This document shows positions 18,658 through 35,386 of a stretch of 64,000 nt of DNA, one piece after another. A program made the position numbers and the translations under genes. This stretch comes from the human T2T-CHM13v2.0 reference genome, Homo sapiens, in assembly GCF_009914755.1 (NCBI RefSeq), contig NC_060925.1, one strand, 5' to 3'. The notes under the pieces are model-generated. The model made no database searches and had not been told where the DNA came from. It worked only from the letters and a program-made list of their open reading frames with translations. How positions within the stretch are numbered: position 1 is the first letter of the stretch; every line of letters starts with the position of its first letter.

Positions 18658-18987
18658 AAAGACCTTAAAAATTTTTGTTGAACAAATAATTTTATAAAAG
18701 CAATTCTTTTAATGGGGGAAAAGCAGAGTAAGTGTTCAGTAAGATTTCCAAAAACAAAGTCGAGTTTCTTCTTGGAAACCAAGCAATGGAGATATTCAAA
18801 AATATATAACCTAAACACAGAGCTACAAAAACCTGGCCTTCCTGAAGAGAATCAGTGTTTGATGACCTCGACTTTTGGACCTTCCTTTCCCCGGTCATCA
18901 CCAGCAATTAGCAGCAATTGTAAATTCTCATCAGCTTATTACCCTTTTCTTAATAACCAAGCCCCAAGCCCTCCAGTGAAAGGCTGT

Positions 18988-19316
18988 GTTTTTTTGTTGT
19001 TTTTGTTTTTCTGTTTGTTTGTTTGTTTTTTGAGACAAGGTTTCTCTCTGTCACTCAGGCTGGAGTGCAGTGGTGTGATCACTGCTCACTGCAACCTCTG
19101 GCTCCTGGGCCCCAGAAATCCCCCACTTCAGCCTCCTGAGTAGCTGGGATTACAGGCATGCACCATCAGGCCTGGCTAATGTTTTCGTATTTTTGGCAGA
19201 GACGGGGTTTTGCAATGTTGCTCAGGCTAGTTTTGAACTTGTGAGCTCAAGTGATCTGCCCACCTCAGTCTCCCAAAGTGTTGGGATTACAGACGTGAGC
19301 CCTGTGCCCGGCCGGC
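18988..19316 (-). mobile_element. Alu (AluJ-like)
   Basis: antisense Alu; TSD ggctgtgt. Confidence 0.9.
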
Positions 19317-19663
19317 TGTGTCTTATGAGTAGCACCTTTTCCCTTCACCTGGTGCTGGTTCCTCATCAGTTCCTGTTATAACCACTGTGAGTTCTAACGT
19401 AAATTCTATTTCCTCATTAATGGTTGCAATAGAGTCCATTCAAGTTGAGAAACATTTTCTGTAAGAGAAAGCCGAGGTGAGGTTCTGTTCAGATGTTGAT
19501 GTAAGAAGCTTGTAGGTAGAAAATAGATATAAGCTTTGATGTGAGAATAAAACCACTTATTTTTGCCACCTTGTCAACCATTCAACAAATATTTATGCAA
19601 TGACTGCAGGTGTCAGCCACTGTCCTAGCTCTAGGGTATAGGATTGACTAAAACCTGACTGTA

Positions 19664-20029
<366 letters not shown>

Positions 20030-20801
20030 CTATGTAGGAACTGACAGAATAAAGGTCTAAGGTACCACAAATCAGTGAAGAAAAGGTGGTAGTTTAGGAG
20101 ATGGTGGTGTGAAATCTTGTTCAATTCATGAAGAGAAATAAGGTGGACTAATGCCTTACACTATCTATTCTTCTGCTGTAAAGATACGCCCAGAGAAAGT
20201 TACCAGAAAGATGACAGTCTTGGAGAAAAAGCATGCAATATCTAAAAGCAACAAGGAAATCTGGAATACATAAGGAACTCCTGAAAACCAACAGAAAAGA
20301 CAAAAAAACCTAAGAGTGGGCAAAGAATGTCACCACCAATTCACAGAGTGGGAAATGTAAACGCTACATGCAGATGAAAAAATCTTCAAATCCACTGTAA
20401 ATGAAAAATGTAAAACAACAGCATGCATTGACAGTCTTTCAGATTGGCAAGAATCAGAACAAAGGGCCACTGTGGAGGATGAGAAAAAATGAATTGCTCA
20501 TTGCTGGTAAGAGAGGGGCCCTTGCCAGGCATTTGAAAGACGTTGGCAGCATTTCTTCAGTTACACCTGTGTTTACCCTATATTCTAGCTGTCCCTCCTC
20601 TGGGTGTGTACTCCATGTCAGTTGCTACTGAGGACCATGACAGAACACACACACAAGGACATCCATCAGAGTGTTTCTGGAGGCAACCTGCTTTCATTCC
20701 TAAGATAATGGAAAAGTAGACTGCTTGCATTGATATTATGAAATACTATTCAACAATTTTAGAGAACACTTCTGATGTACATACAGCAACATAGACCTTA
20801 A

Positions 20802-21203
<402 letters not shown>

Positions 21204-22947
21204 AATAATGTGAGCAGGAAGCTGAAGTTGGTCAGGGGCTCACGTCTCCAGGCAGGACCACTAGACTTGGATGAGAGCCTGGGGCATCTGAGTGGGGTTA
21301 CATCAGCACAGAGAGAGATTACTAAATATGACGTGCAGAAGCCACTTGGTCCAGATCCTTCCTGTTCCCCAGGAAGGCTTCTGGGGAACAGGTGAGGGAA
21401 GGGACTTTTCCTCATAGCCATTAGTGGTAGAGGCAGGCATGGAAGCCACGTTTTCCGATGCTTGCTCAGAGGGATTTTCCTTCTGCACTTCATCTTTTTG
21501 GCCACGGGAAGGCGATTTTGCAAGGGTGGGGGTGGGGGCAATGGGGCATCTGGAGACCGTTGTCCGCATCCATGTTTATAAGGATGATGGATGGGTTAGC
21601 CATGTAGATAACCATATAGATAACCCCATCCATGTCTGCTCAAAAGGATAGCTGGGAATGGTGAGATTGGCTAATTCTTTATGGAATATGAGCGAAGCAA
21701 CCAATAGCATCCATTGAAATAACATGCGCACAGAGGAAGAGCATCTTTTCTAACTGATTCTTAATGAGATGTGGCGCAGTGGCGAGCATCCCCACTGCAC
21801 TACTCATGAGGGCGGGGCTCAAATCCTTGTCCTGCTATAAAATGCAGGTGGCCCTGGACAAATATGTATTGAATACCTATCATGTGTTAGGCGTTATCCT
21901 ATCCAGTGCGATACATCTGTAAACAAAACAGATAAAAATCCCTGGCCAGGGGTCTCAGGGCTATACCCTTAGAACCCTGTCTTCCTCTTTTCATTCCTCC
22001 ACGGAAAGAATACACTTGATGGCAGTGTACCCCAAAGTACAGGTATAAATGTCTAAGGAGCACACATTTTGAAGGTTGACTCTGCAATCTCAAATTAGAG
22101 GTAAGGCCAGCAAGATAGTAAACAGAATGAGACACAAGACATAATTTTGGCAAATGAGACAGGGCATAGAGAAAGATTCATCACCAGAGGAAGAAGCAGA
22201 CTTCGATGGAGAGAATCCAGGTAACTATGGGGTTGGCATACAAGTGTAACAAGGGAGGCAGATGGTCATAGGCCAGTTTCTAGTTCAGTTTTGCTTAAGA
22301 TCAGCCATGTGTGCTGTGGGAAGTTGCCCTGATGCAGTCGTACCCCCAAGTACAATCAGGCAAGCAATTCTAGAGGTCACTGAAGAGAAGTGTTCATGGA
22401 CAAAATTAAGATGATCTAGTCCCAGGGTTTAAATCCATTTAGAACATACCAAGGAGAAAGAGATGAGGACGTTAATTCGTGGAGGAGAAGGTACCAGGGG
22501 GTGGAAGGTTCACACATGTTCCATCTGTGGTAACCCAATGTTCATGGGCCCTCTCTCTCTACCGTATCTGCCTTCCTCTCTGTTGGTGTGGTTAAGAGGA
22601 CAAGAGTAGAACTTGAATAACGTGGGGTGGGGGCAACAGAATGGAGGGTACCTGGAGCCAATACACACACTTACTCTCTTGGAGAGGCACAGAGAGACAC
22701 AGGGGTGAGTCCACACCATGGCGGCTGCTCACTCACTAGCTTGTTGAGGAGCTGTGAATTTTATCTGCATTCGTTGGGAGAGGATGTGCAGGGCCAGAAC
22801 AGGCCCATATTGGGTGCTTAGGATCCCCATAGCAGTCAACCCAGGCCTGGCATACTTCTGACTCATGACTTAATCTTTCTGTTCCTTTCCTTCTGTAAGT
22901 GGTACCCTTGTTTATTCCATCAAATATTCCATGTATCTACTGCATTA

Positions 22948-23188
22948 TTTTTTTAGACAGGGTCTCACTCTGTCATCCAAGCTGGAATGCAGTGGCATGA
23001 TCACAGCTCATTGCAGCCTCCATATCCTGGGCTCAAGTGATCCTCCTGCCTCAGCCTTGCTATCATTAAGTTCCCGCTGACCACCAAGTCTGCCATGAAG
23101 AAGACAGAAGACAACAACACACTTGTGTTCTCTGTGGATGTTAAAGCCAACAAGTATCAGATTGCAGGCATGAGCCACTGTGCCTGGC
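22948..23188 (-). mobile_element. Partial Alu interrupted by an RPL23A fragment
   Basis: Alu right arm 22948-23057, Alu 5' end 23164-23188. Confidence 0.8.
23058..23163 (+). pseudogene. RPL23A (uL23) coding-sequence fragment
   Basis: translates [35 protein letters not shown] versus RPL23[36 protein letters not shown]. Confidence 0.9.
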
Positions 23189-23645
23189 TGAATATTCTTA
23201 AATAATAAGACAAATATTCATTATACCAGGCTTTTCCTTTTCTACCTTTACAATGAGTAAGAACTTTTTGCCCAGTTGTTGCCCAATCTGTGTCCCGGAG
23301 ATGCCCTTTCCAGTCTTTTCAAGAATGGTAGGATAGGGTGTCATTAAAATGTGAGTGAGTCAAAGGAAGCGAAAGGAGAGGTGTTCGGGGGCTGCTGTAA
23401 GCTTTGTGATATGTGGACTGTGGTGGTTGAAAAGACATGACCTTGGCCTTAGAGTCAGATTTGAATTGAATTGCATTTAAATCATGTTGGATTTGAATTG
23501 AATTGGGTTTGAATCTCAGCTCTGTTGGCTTCTTACCAGCTGGCTGAATGTGGACAGATTGCTTCATTATATGCTTCTGTTGCCTCATCCATGAAAACGG
23601 ATCTAATAGTGGTCTCAGAACTCTGCCTTCCCAGCAGTCATGGGC

Positions 23646-24291
<646 letters not shown>

Positions 24292-24748
24292 CGGGCCCTT
24301 TGGGTTCTGGGGTAACATAGAGGAGCCAGAGGCTGCAAAATCTGAGGAGACATGAGTTTAAACTGGTTTCAAAGAAATAAACTTCACACAAACTATGCGT
24401 GCTGTCTCCAGAGTTTTTGAGCTTCTACCTCTTCTCATTCTACCACCACTGCCTGTATCCTTCAATAAACATAATCAGAAGAGCAAGAGAATGAGGTTTC
24501 ATGCTGCCCTTGCCCCCAGTCCATGTGGCATCATTTATCATCTGTTCAGAAGTGATTGATTGGGCACTTAGAGTATGTGCTAGACACTGGGATACCACAG
24601 TGAGTGAAATAGCTATTCTTGCCCTTGCTGGAATTGTAATTTCACTGGGGAAACAGAAAATCAGCGGAATCACAAATACATATTATCCAAATTCTACATT
24701 GAGCAGAAGATGAAGAGGAGAGAGCCATCATCAAGAATAATGAACAGC

Positions 24749-25099
<351 letters not shown>

Positions 25100-25259
25100 C
25101 TAAGGACCCAGGGATGGCTTGGGTGCAAGGTTGTGGGAACAGGAAGAGTAATGGATAACTCCAGCAGTTCTGGCAGAAGAGATGGTAGTGTGATTTGCTT
25201 AGGTGTGGAAGCCTGAGAGAGAAACAGGCAGAAAAGGTCATATCAAGAGGGCAGTTGCA

Positions 25260-25762
25260 TTTTAAAAAGTTTAAAATTTTTGTGGGTACATAGTAGGTAT
25301 ATATCTATTTATGGGACATGAGTTGTTTTGATACTGGCATGCAATGCGTAATAATTATATCATGGAGAATGGGGTAGTATCCAATCCCTCAAGTATTTAT
25401 CCTTTGTGTTATAAACAATCCAATTATACTCTTTTAGTTATTTTTAAATGTACAATTAAATTATTATTGACTGTAGTCACTCTGTTGTGCTTTCAAATAG
25501 TAGGCCTTATTCATTCTTTCTAACTATTTTTTTGTACTCACTAACCATCTCCACTTCCCCCTCACCCTTACCACTGCCCTTCCCAGCCTCTGATAACTAT
25601 CCTTTATCTTGATGAGTTCAATTGTTTTGATTTTTAGATCCCACAAATAGGTGAAAACGTGCAATGCTTGTCTTTCTGTGCCTGGCTTATTTCACTTAGC
25701 ACAGTGATCTCCAGTTCCATCCATGTTATTGCAAAGACAGGATCTCATTCTGTTTTATGGCT
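25260..25762 (-). mobile_element. L1MA 3' end
   Basis: antisense L1MA 3'UTR motifs. Confidence 0.75.
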
Positions 25763-26316
25763 GAAGAGTTCTTGGCAGATGCATTTTTGCATCTGAAACT
25801 CTGGAGAGAGCACAGAGCTGAAGATAGAAGGCTTTGTGGGCAGCACTTACAGCTATGGGGGTAAAGAGTGTTGAGGAAGAGAAGGAATGGAGTTCTGATC
25901 CCAAAGCCCAACATTTGGAAGGAAGATGGAGGAGGAGGAGGTGGAGGAAAAATAGTCTGTCTTTGGACGGACTGTGGTTTACAAGACCAACACATAGGTC
26001 TTGGCTAGAATCTTCTTGCCCCAGGCCATATAGAAAAATTAATGTTGTGTAGATTTTATACATCGTGTGAAAATAACTTGAGTTTCTCTCAAGAAAGCCA
26101 TAAAATGCAAGATACGCACAAAGGTTAATTACAAACAAATCGTTCAGAACAAAGAGAAAGCTCAGATTTATTTCATTTTGCCTGGAGAAAGGTAGCCCTG
26201 AGTTCTAACACAGGTGAGTGGGAGAAGAAAATGGATTCAGAAACGCCCCCAATCTCCCACGCTAGTGACCAGCCTGACGCATTTCAGTTTTAGGTGGTCG
26301 ATAAGTCCTCTTTATG

Positions 26317-26615
26317 CTTTTTGTTTGTTTTTGTTTTTAGATGGGGTCTCTGTTATCTAGGCTGGAGTGCAGAGGAGCAATCTCGGCTCACTGTAACCTC
26401 TGCCTCCCAGCTCAAGCCATCTTCCCATGTCAGCCTCTGGAGTAGCTGGGACCACAGGCATGCACCACCACGCCCGGCTAATTTTTTGTATTTTTGGTAG
26501 AGATGGGATTTCACCTTGTTGCCCAGGCTAATCTCGAACTCCTGAGTGCAAGCCATCCGACTGCCTCGGCCTCCCAAAATGCTGGGATTACAGGCGTGAG
26601 CCACCGCACCTGGCC
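26317..26615 (-). mobile_element. Alu (AluJ-like)
   Basis: antisense Alu dimer. Confidence 0.9.
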
Positions 26616-26819
26616 TTCTCTATGTTTCTTAGCAAGAAGTGTCCACAATAGATGATGCTGTGATGATGGAAACAGATCACTTAAGTGCCTGCTTCTGTGT
26701 CTGGCCCATAAATAGAGATGAGTAGGTGTGTTTTTCCTCTTTCAGTGCCAGATAAAAATGTTTCCAGGGGGTTGAGAGTTATCACATTGAGTCTCACAGT
26801 ATTGCATTGACTGTCACAG

Positions 26820-27020
26820 TATCACAGCACTTGTGTTTAAGGAACCCTTATTTTACTTCATGATGGTCCCAAAGTGCTGGCAATTCAGACATGGCAAAGA
26901 GAAGCCATAAAGTGCTTCCTTTAAGCGAAAAGGTGAAACTTCTTGACTTAATAAGGAGAGAAAGAAATCATATGCTGAGGTTGCTAAAATCTACAGTAAG
27001 AATGAATCTTCCAAAATTGC
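26820..27020 (+). mobile_element. Tigger-family (MER44-like) DNA transposon fragment
   Basis: AKRSHKVLPLSEKVKLLDLI, CENP-B-type HTH start of a pogo/Tigger transposase. Confidence 0.65.
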
Positions 27021-27289
27021 GAAGTCATCTGTGGTGGAAGGTGGAAGGGCAAGACAGTAGGAGAGAGAGAGAGAGACAAAAGGGGGCTGAACTCAACCTT
27101 TTAAAGGAACTCACTTCCGTGATAGCAAACCTACTCCCACAATAGTGGCTTTAATCCATTTATGATGGCAGAGCCCTCATGGCCTAACCACCTCTTAAAG
27201 GTGCCACTATATTGTTATTAATATAATGGCAATTAAATTTGAAAATGAGTTTGGGAAGGGACAGATATTCACACCATAGCCATATCCTA

Positions 27290-29710
27290 GAAACCTCCCT
27301 CATTCCTTCTTCTGGTCATTATGCCATAGATTTGATCTGTTTTGCCTGAATTTGAACTTAATACAATGGAATGTGCTGTTTCACATCTGGTCCCTTTTGC
27401 TGAAGGTTATATTGGTGAGATTCATCTATGTTTGGACTTCGCTGTAGTTTGTTTGTTCTCGTGGCTGTTTAGTATTCCACTGTGTGAATCAATGAGCATT
27501 TATTCATCCATTCTCCTCTTGATGGGCATCTGGATTCTGTTCAGTTGTGGGCTATCATGAAGAGAGCTGCTGTAAATATTTGGCTCTGTCTCCTTTAGTG
27601 CACACATTCATGAATTTCTGTTGGATACATCCTTGCTGGATCCTAGGGTTTGCATGCGTTCAGATTTAGTAGATACTTCCAAACAGTTTTCAAAGCGGTT
27701 GTGCTAATTCCCAGCAGTGTGTGAGAGTTTGGCATGCTCCACGTCATTTCCAATGCTTAGTTTTATAATATTTTTTCCTATGCATCACACTGGTTTTACT
27801 TTGCATTCCCCAGATGACTAATGAAATTGAAATTGTCCTGTGTGTATTGGCCACATTTGACACATGTGTGTTGCATATTCTCTTTTGTAAAGGGCCTCTT
27901 CAAATATTTGCTCATTTTTCTATTACATTTTCAGTCTTTTTGCTTTGTAGGAGTTCTTTATATGTTTTGAATGTGTTTCACTTGTTGGAAATAGGTATTG
28001 TATTGCAAATATCTTCCCACTCTACAGGTTGTCTTTTTCCTCTCTTCATGGTATCTTCTTTTTTTAATTAACTTTTTTGTTGTTGTTTTTGTTCTTGAGG
28101 CAGGGTCTCGTGCTGTTGCCCAGGCTGAAATGCAGTGATCATGACTCACTGCAGCCTTAACCGCCCAGGCTCAAGTGATCTTACTGCCTCAGCCTCCCAT
28201 GTAGCTGGGACACAGGCCCGTGCCACCATGCCCAGCTAATTTTTAATTTTTTAAAAAATTATTTGTAGAGATGGCATCTCACTTTGTTGCCCAGGCTGGT
28301 CTTGAACTCCTGGGCCCCAGTGATCTTCTTGCCTCAACCTCCCAAAGCACTGAGATTATAAATGTGAGCCATGGTTCCCGGCCCTTCATGGTATCTTTTG
28401 ATGAACAGAGAAGTTCTCAATCTTAATATGGTCCAGTTTATCCTTCTCTCCCCTGCTCTCTGGCATTTACGGTTAGTGCTTTTAGTTTTCCTTAAGAAAT
28501 CTTTATCATTGTTTCATATGCTACATTTTCATCTGCAACCCATCTGAAATTTATTCTTTTGCATAGTGTAGTATTGAAAATGTCATGCTTCCTTGACAGC
28601 CCTGCACTGCGTACAATCTTTGTCATAAATCAGGTGGCCATGTATGTGTGAATTAGTTTCTGGATTCCTCTTCTGCTACACTGGTTTGCTACACTTGCAC
28701 TGATAGTGTACTGTTTAATTATAGTAGCCTTCCAATAATTTTAACATCTGATAGTGTAAATCTTGGTTCTTTGCATTTCCACATATATTTTAAGTAAACT
28801 TGTCAATTTCTGCAAAAAAAAAAAGCAGATAAAATTTTGATTGGGAATGAATTAAGTTAAAAGATCAAATTGGGGAGAATTTATATTTTTCACTATCAAG
28901 TCTTCCAGTCTATGAGAATAGTATTCTGCATGTCTTTTAGTGTTCTTTAATTTCCCTCAATAATGTTTCATAGTTTTCAATATAGAGATCTCAAACATTT
29001 TTCAGTAGATTAATTCCTAGCTATTTGAGGTTTTGAAGTGATATTATAAATATCTTTTTAATTATTTTAATTCACTTTTTACATTTACACACAGTAAAGT
29101 TTAAAATTTTGGTGTGCAACTGTATAAGTTTTGATAAAGTGCATATAGTTGTATAACCACCACTATGATCAAGGTATAGAATAACTCCATCATCTAAAAA
29201 AATTCCCTCATGTTGCCCTTCTGAGGTCAGCCACTTCCTCCATTCCCAGCACTTGTAAGTCACAGATCTCTGGTGTCTTTTGAAATTTTTCATTATCTAT
29301 TCGTTTGAAATTGGAATATAAAAATACAATTGAATTTTGTATATTGATCTTATATTCAATAGCCTTCCTGTATTCATTTACTAACTCTGCTAGTTTTTCT
29401 GTAGGTTCTTTTGGGTGTTCTATATATGCAATCATGTCCACACTGGATAGTGACAGTTTTATTCCTTCATTTCCAGTTCTTAAGCTTTTTATTCCTTTTT
29501 CTTGTCTTATTGTACTGGCTAGGACTTCTAGTATAATGTTAAATAGATGTGGTGATAGTGGGCATCCCTGTCTTATTCCAGATTTCTGGAAAAAGCTTCC
29601 AATATTTTAACACTAACTATGATGCTTCCTGTAGGCACTACGTATCAGATTAAGGAAGATTCCTTCTATTCTCAGTTAAAATTTTTTATCATAAAGGAAT
29701 GTTGAATTTC
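27290..29710 (-). mobile_element. Old L1M fragments with nested Alu (28072-28384, minus)
   Basis: antisense ORF2 homology (ORF 29208..29441 DMIAYIEHPKE...KINIQNSIVFLY). Confidence 0.7.
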
Positions 29711-30516
29711 AGATTATTTTTGAGGATAAAGTGAAATAATCTATGCAAAAAGCCTTATATATTGCAGATTCACATTAAATATTAGCTTATTTTTCCTTCT
29801 TCCCTATACACTCTGATTATCTTGTGCAGTTGACTCTGAATTTATAGTTCTTCTTGATCCAGTTCTATTTCAGAATATTGGGAGGAAGCCATTAAAGATA
29901 TTTAATCTGTTCTGGATTTATATAGCTACTCTACAATGTGAAATAGCTAAAGAGAGCCCAGTAATTGTGTTTTCCAAGATGGTTTTATTTTATTGATTTT
30001 CGAATTCTGAATTGGTTACTAGAGCCTGAACGTGTCAAGCTACTAAACAGCTTGTGGATACAGGAGGAAGTGGACTTGTATTTCATTTGGGGAGCTGAGG
30101 GTAGGTGTCATTTCTGTAGTGTCTAGTGGGAAAACTTGCATTTGCCAAGTACATGAAACTAATGTGATCTCTCATCTTTGAGAAACATGAAGAATTTATT
30201 TTGTAGTTCAGAGAATTTCAACAACACTATTATGTCTTCAAACCTGGGTTCAATGGATAACAGTTAAGGAGCACGTAAACTTGGGGGGGAAAAGAAATCA
30301 CATTGTTATTTTCATCAACCTCTAATAGAAATTTAGTTTCTTTCTTGTATAAATGTAGGCCATGAGCCACAGTAATATTGCCTGTATGTGGACTTTATCA
30401 CCAGTGGAAATCAAAGATATTTTCATATCACATTTCAGTTATGGCAGATATCACAAAGCACCTTTTATGCTCATCATTACTTCAAGATATGGTGGTTACT
30501 GAGCCACCACTAGTAA

Positions 30517-30846
<330 letters not shown>

Positions 30847-30848
30847 GC

Positions 30849-31274
30849 AAAGATGTGGAAGCAACCTAGATGCCCTCTAGCAGTGAACTGGGTAAAGAAA
30901 ATGTGGTACAAATACAGCATGGAATACTATGAAGCCATAAAAAGAATGAAATCATGTGTTTGTAGCAACATGAATGCAGCTGGAGGCCTTATACTAAGGA
31001 AATTAACACAGGAACAGAAAACCAAATACCACATATTTTCACTTATAAATGGGAGCTAAACACTGAGTACACATGGCCATGAAGAAGGGAACAGTAGACT
31101 CTGGGGCCTACTTGAGGGTGAAGGGTGGGAAGAGAGGGTAAGGATTGAAAAACTACCTATAGGATATTATGTTGATTACCTTGGGTGACAAAACTATCTA
31201 TACACCAAACCCCATGACACATAACTTACCTGCACATATACCTGTCGAACCTAAAAGTTGGAAAGCAAAAAAAG
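30849..31274 (+). mobile_element. L1 (L1P/L1PB) 3' end
   Basis: WKQPRCP...KMWYKYSMEYY ORF2 end and 3'UTR. Confidence 0.85.
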
Positions 31275-31601
31275 CATTTGCAATAAAATTGCACCCAAGT
31301 GGGCACATGATTGAAAGTTGGAAAACAGAATGAAAGAAGAGGAGAATGTATGCCTCCTGGAAGGGTCAACTAAGCTGCCACACCAGAGGCATGGAATTCT
31401 CATTAGAGAGGAGAGAGTGCTACTGAGTCTTCAGGTGGTGCCCTGAAAACTAAAGAGTTTCAGGTGAGAGTTACGTTGGTGACAGCAGCTGATGTAGTAA
31501 AAACTTATTGCAGACATCTTGATTGCAACTGCAGAAGCAAATCTCACATGCATATTTCTCAAACCCAAAGGGGCTTGAAAGGGCTAGGCACGCCCCACCT
31601 C

Positions 31602-32850
<1,249 letters not shown>

Positions 32851-34094
32851 TTATCCTTGCCTTTCCAAAGGGTTTGGGCAGTGGGTATGTCTGAGTGAGA
32901 GCTTAGGTGTGAGCCACCGTGCCCGGCCTGAATGTATACTTAGAACATGAAAAGAAATCATAGCCAATTACACATTTTTAAAGGCTGAGCATATTACAAA
33001 CATCATGAAAATTCCAAAAGTAGGATTTAAATGCCTGACACAGCTTTATACTACAGGTCAGGGACCCCAAAACTTCAGTTTTATTCACACAGAAAAAAAA
33101 AAAAAGGACAGTGATACATGAAACTGAACACGTAGTACTTGGGCAAGTAAAGAAAAAAGATTTTTAAAAATCAGGAAGTGTGAAGAGCTGATAGATGACT
33201 CTTTGGTCATCAAGCAAAATCTTAGCCCTAACCCAGATTTGTGACCCAGGTGTCTACTGTGCAATGAGCTGGAGCTCCTGCTCAGGTTTGCCCCTGCTGA
33301 GTCAAGCTTTCCATAGGGGCTGGATGGCAAGTAGGTCAATAGTGTGCCCTTTGAGCGCTGAGAGTTTTCTTTGCCAATTGAAATGGTGGCACTGTGCAAA
33401 ATAAGAGGCCCCAAGAAGGCCTTTCTTGGAGAAGAGGTCCCCTATGACTTCCACTTATGAGTTTTCTGACCTTGGGGAAACTACTTAACATCTGTGAAGC
33501 TCAGTCTCCTTATCCATAAAATGGGCACAAGAATAGGATCTCCCTAAGGGTTGATGTGGAACGAAGTGTGTTAACACATGTGAAGAGATTGGCACAGCAC
33601 CGCACTTGAAGCAGGGATCTCAGCTTCCTTGTACAGATGGAGAAACTGAAATCGTTGAGAGAGGGTGAGTGAATTGCCAGCATCATAGTGCTTCTTTGGG
33701 GGCAGAATTTGGAAAGGCAGCACAGGCATCTGTGTTCTTTTCACCGTATTGTCTCTCCTCTCAGTGGTGGGAACACACAGCTCAAGGATCTGAATCAGCA
33801 GCATTACTGGGAGATGGTCTTCTGCCATGCACTCAGAAGATAAAAGCAAAAAGGAATAAGCCATCATTATGCAGAATTAAACTAAATTTAGACTCGTGTG
33901 TTGCAGAAGTCCCTCAAAGCCTTCCTGCTTTCATTGTAGTAATATTAATCAGGAGAGGCCCTCTGCCTAACCCACAGTTCTGCACCTCAGTAGCTTCACA
34001 CAACAAACTTGCAGAGCTCGATCCTGCCACAGCTCACACAGATGATTCTGGCTGGGTCCTCTCCTGGACAGCTCACCTCCAAGAATGGTGCAGA

Positions 34095-34585
34095 TGTTAT
34101 ATGTAAAGTTTTGGCACTGCAAAAGAAATGGCACTTGAATAAAAATTTTTCTTCTCAGCAAGGCAATTTACTTCTATAGAAGGGTGCACCCTTACAGATG
34201 GAGCAATGGTGAGCACACACTTGGACAAGGGATGGGAAGGGGTACTTATCCCTGGTGCACGTGGCCCCTGCTGCTGTGTCATCCCCTTATTGGCTAGGGT
34301 TAGACCACGCAGGCTAAACTAATTCTGACTGGCTAATTTAAAGAGAGTGATGGGGTGAGTGGTTTGGCGGGAAAAATGAATGAGTCAGGGTGGAGCAGGT
34401 AATCAGAATGAATGAGGTAATTGGAATCAGTCAGGGCAGAGCAGGTAATCGGAATGAGTCAGGGTGGAGCAGGTGATCTAAAAAGATTGCTTTACGAGGA
34501 AGTTAAGTTTAAAAATAGAAGGTAAAAAATTGAACATACTGACATATTGATTCATTGAAGAGAAATTTAGAACTCATATCTAATA
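34095..34585 (-). mobile_element. LTR10 (LTR10F/A-like) 3' LTR of HERVIP10 provirus
   Basis: minus strand begins tattagatatgagttctaaatttctcttc; internal 28-bp repeats with TGAGTCA; purine-rich PPT-like tract immediately adjacent. Confidence 0.8.
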
Positions 34586-35386
34586 ATTCCTTCTTTTTGC
34601 ATTTTCCTTACAGTTCTTTCTCTTCAAACTTTTTTAACATGTCTTGGCTTAGTTGTTCTGCTTGATTTTCCAAAAGAAGAAGCTTCTCTGGATAAGGTGG
34701 AGAATAGTTAAGGGAGGTTTTAGTAAGTGCCATATCTATGAGCCTCTGCACCAATCCACAGATGCATGGTATGACACACCACTCGACAAGAATTAATACA
34801 ACCATTATGGCTGTGAGGTAAGTAAGAATTGAGGCTGTTATTCCTTTCCATTTACTGAGCCACTTTTCTAGCCATCATGTAAAGGGGTCTTTTACCCCTG
34901 AGTTGTTGGCTAACTCATTGGACAGAGCAGTCAGACCTTGGAATGCCTTTGTTATACTTCCATCAGGGGCCGTGTTGTTTGGGATGAAGGTACAACATTG
35001 AGTTTTAATCATGATGCAAACTCCTCCGCTTTCTGCTAATATCACGTCTAGGGCTATCCTATTTTCCAAAGCCATCTGGCTAGTGGCCCCTAATTGCTCA
35101 GCTATTCCTTTAACAGCATCTCTAGTGTAGCTAATAAATCGCTGTTAGTTGTAGTAGGTGTAGTTTATCCAATCTACATTGTTATTAATTGCCACCCATC
35201 GAAATATTGACTCAAATCCTGCAGCTATTTGATTTTGGGCTTTAAATTGATCTGGTATTCCCCGTGGGACTCCAATTGCATCTAAATAGATGTGAGAGTC
35301 AAAATACTCATAAGTGGTTTCTCTTGCTTTACAGTGTCTTATTTTTCCTTCCTCTGGCTGGTGAAATGCCAGGGTGAAAGGATAGC

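Noticed and set aside
21770-21840. tRNA-like sequence (gtggcgcagtgg...ggctcaaatcc)
   Set aside because: No convincing cloverleaf; consistent with the tRNA-derived head of a MIR SINE
25776-25795. Hairpin cagatgca-tttt-tgcatctg
   Set aside because: An 8-bp stem is expected by chance in 64 kb
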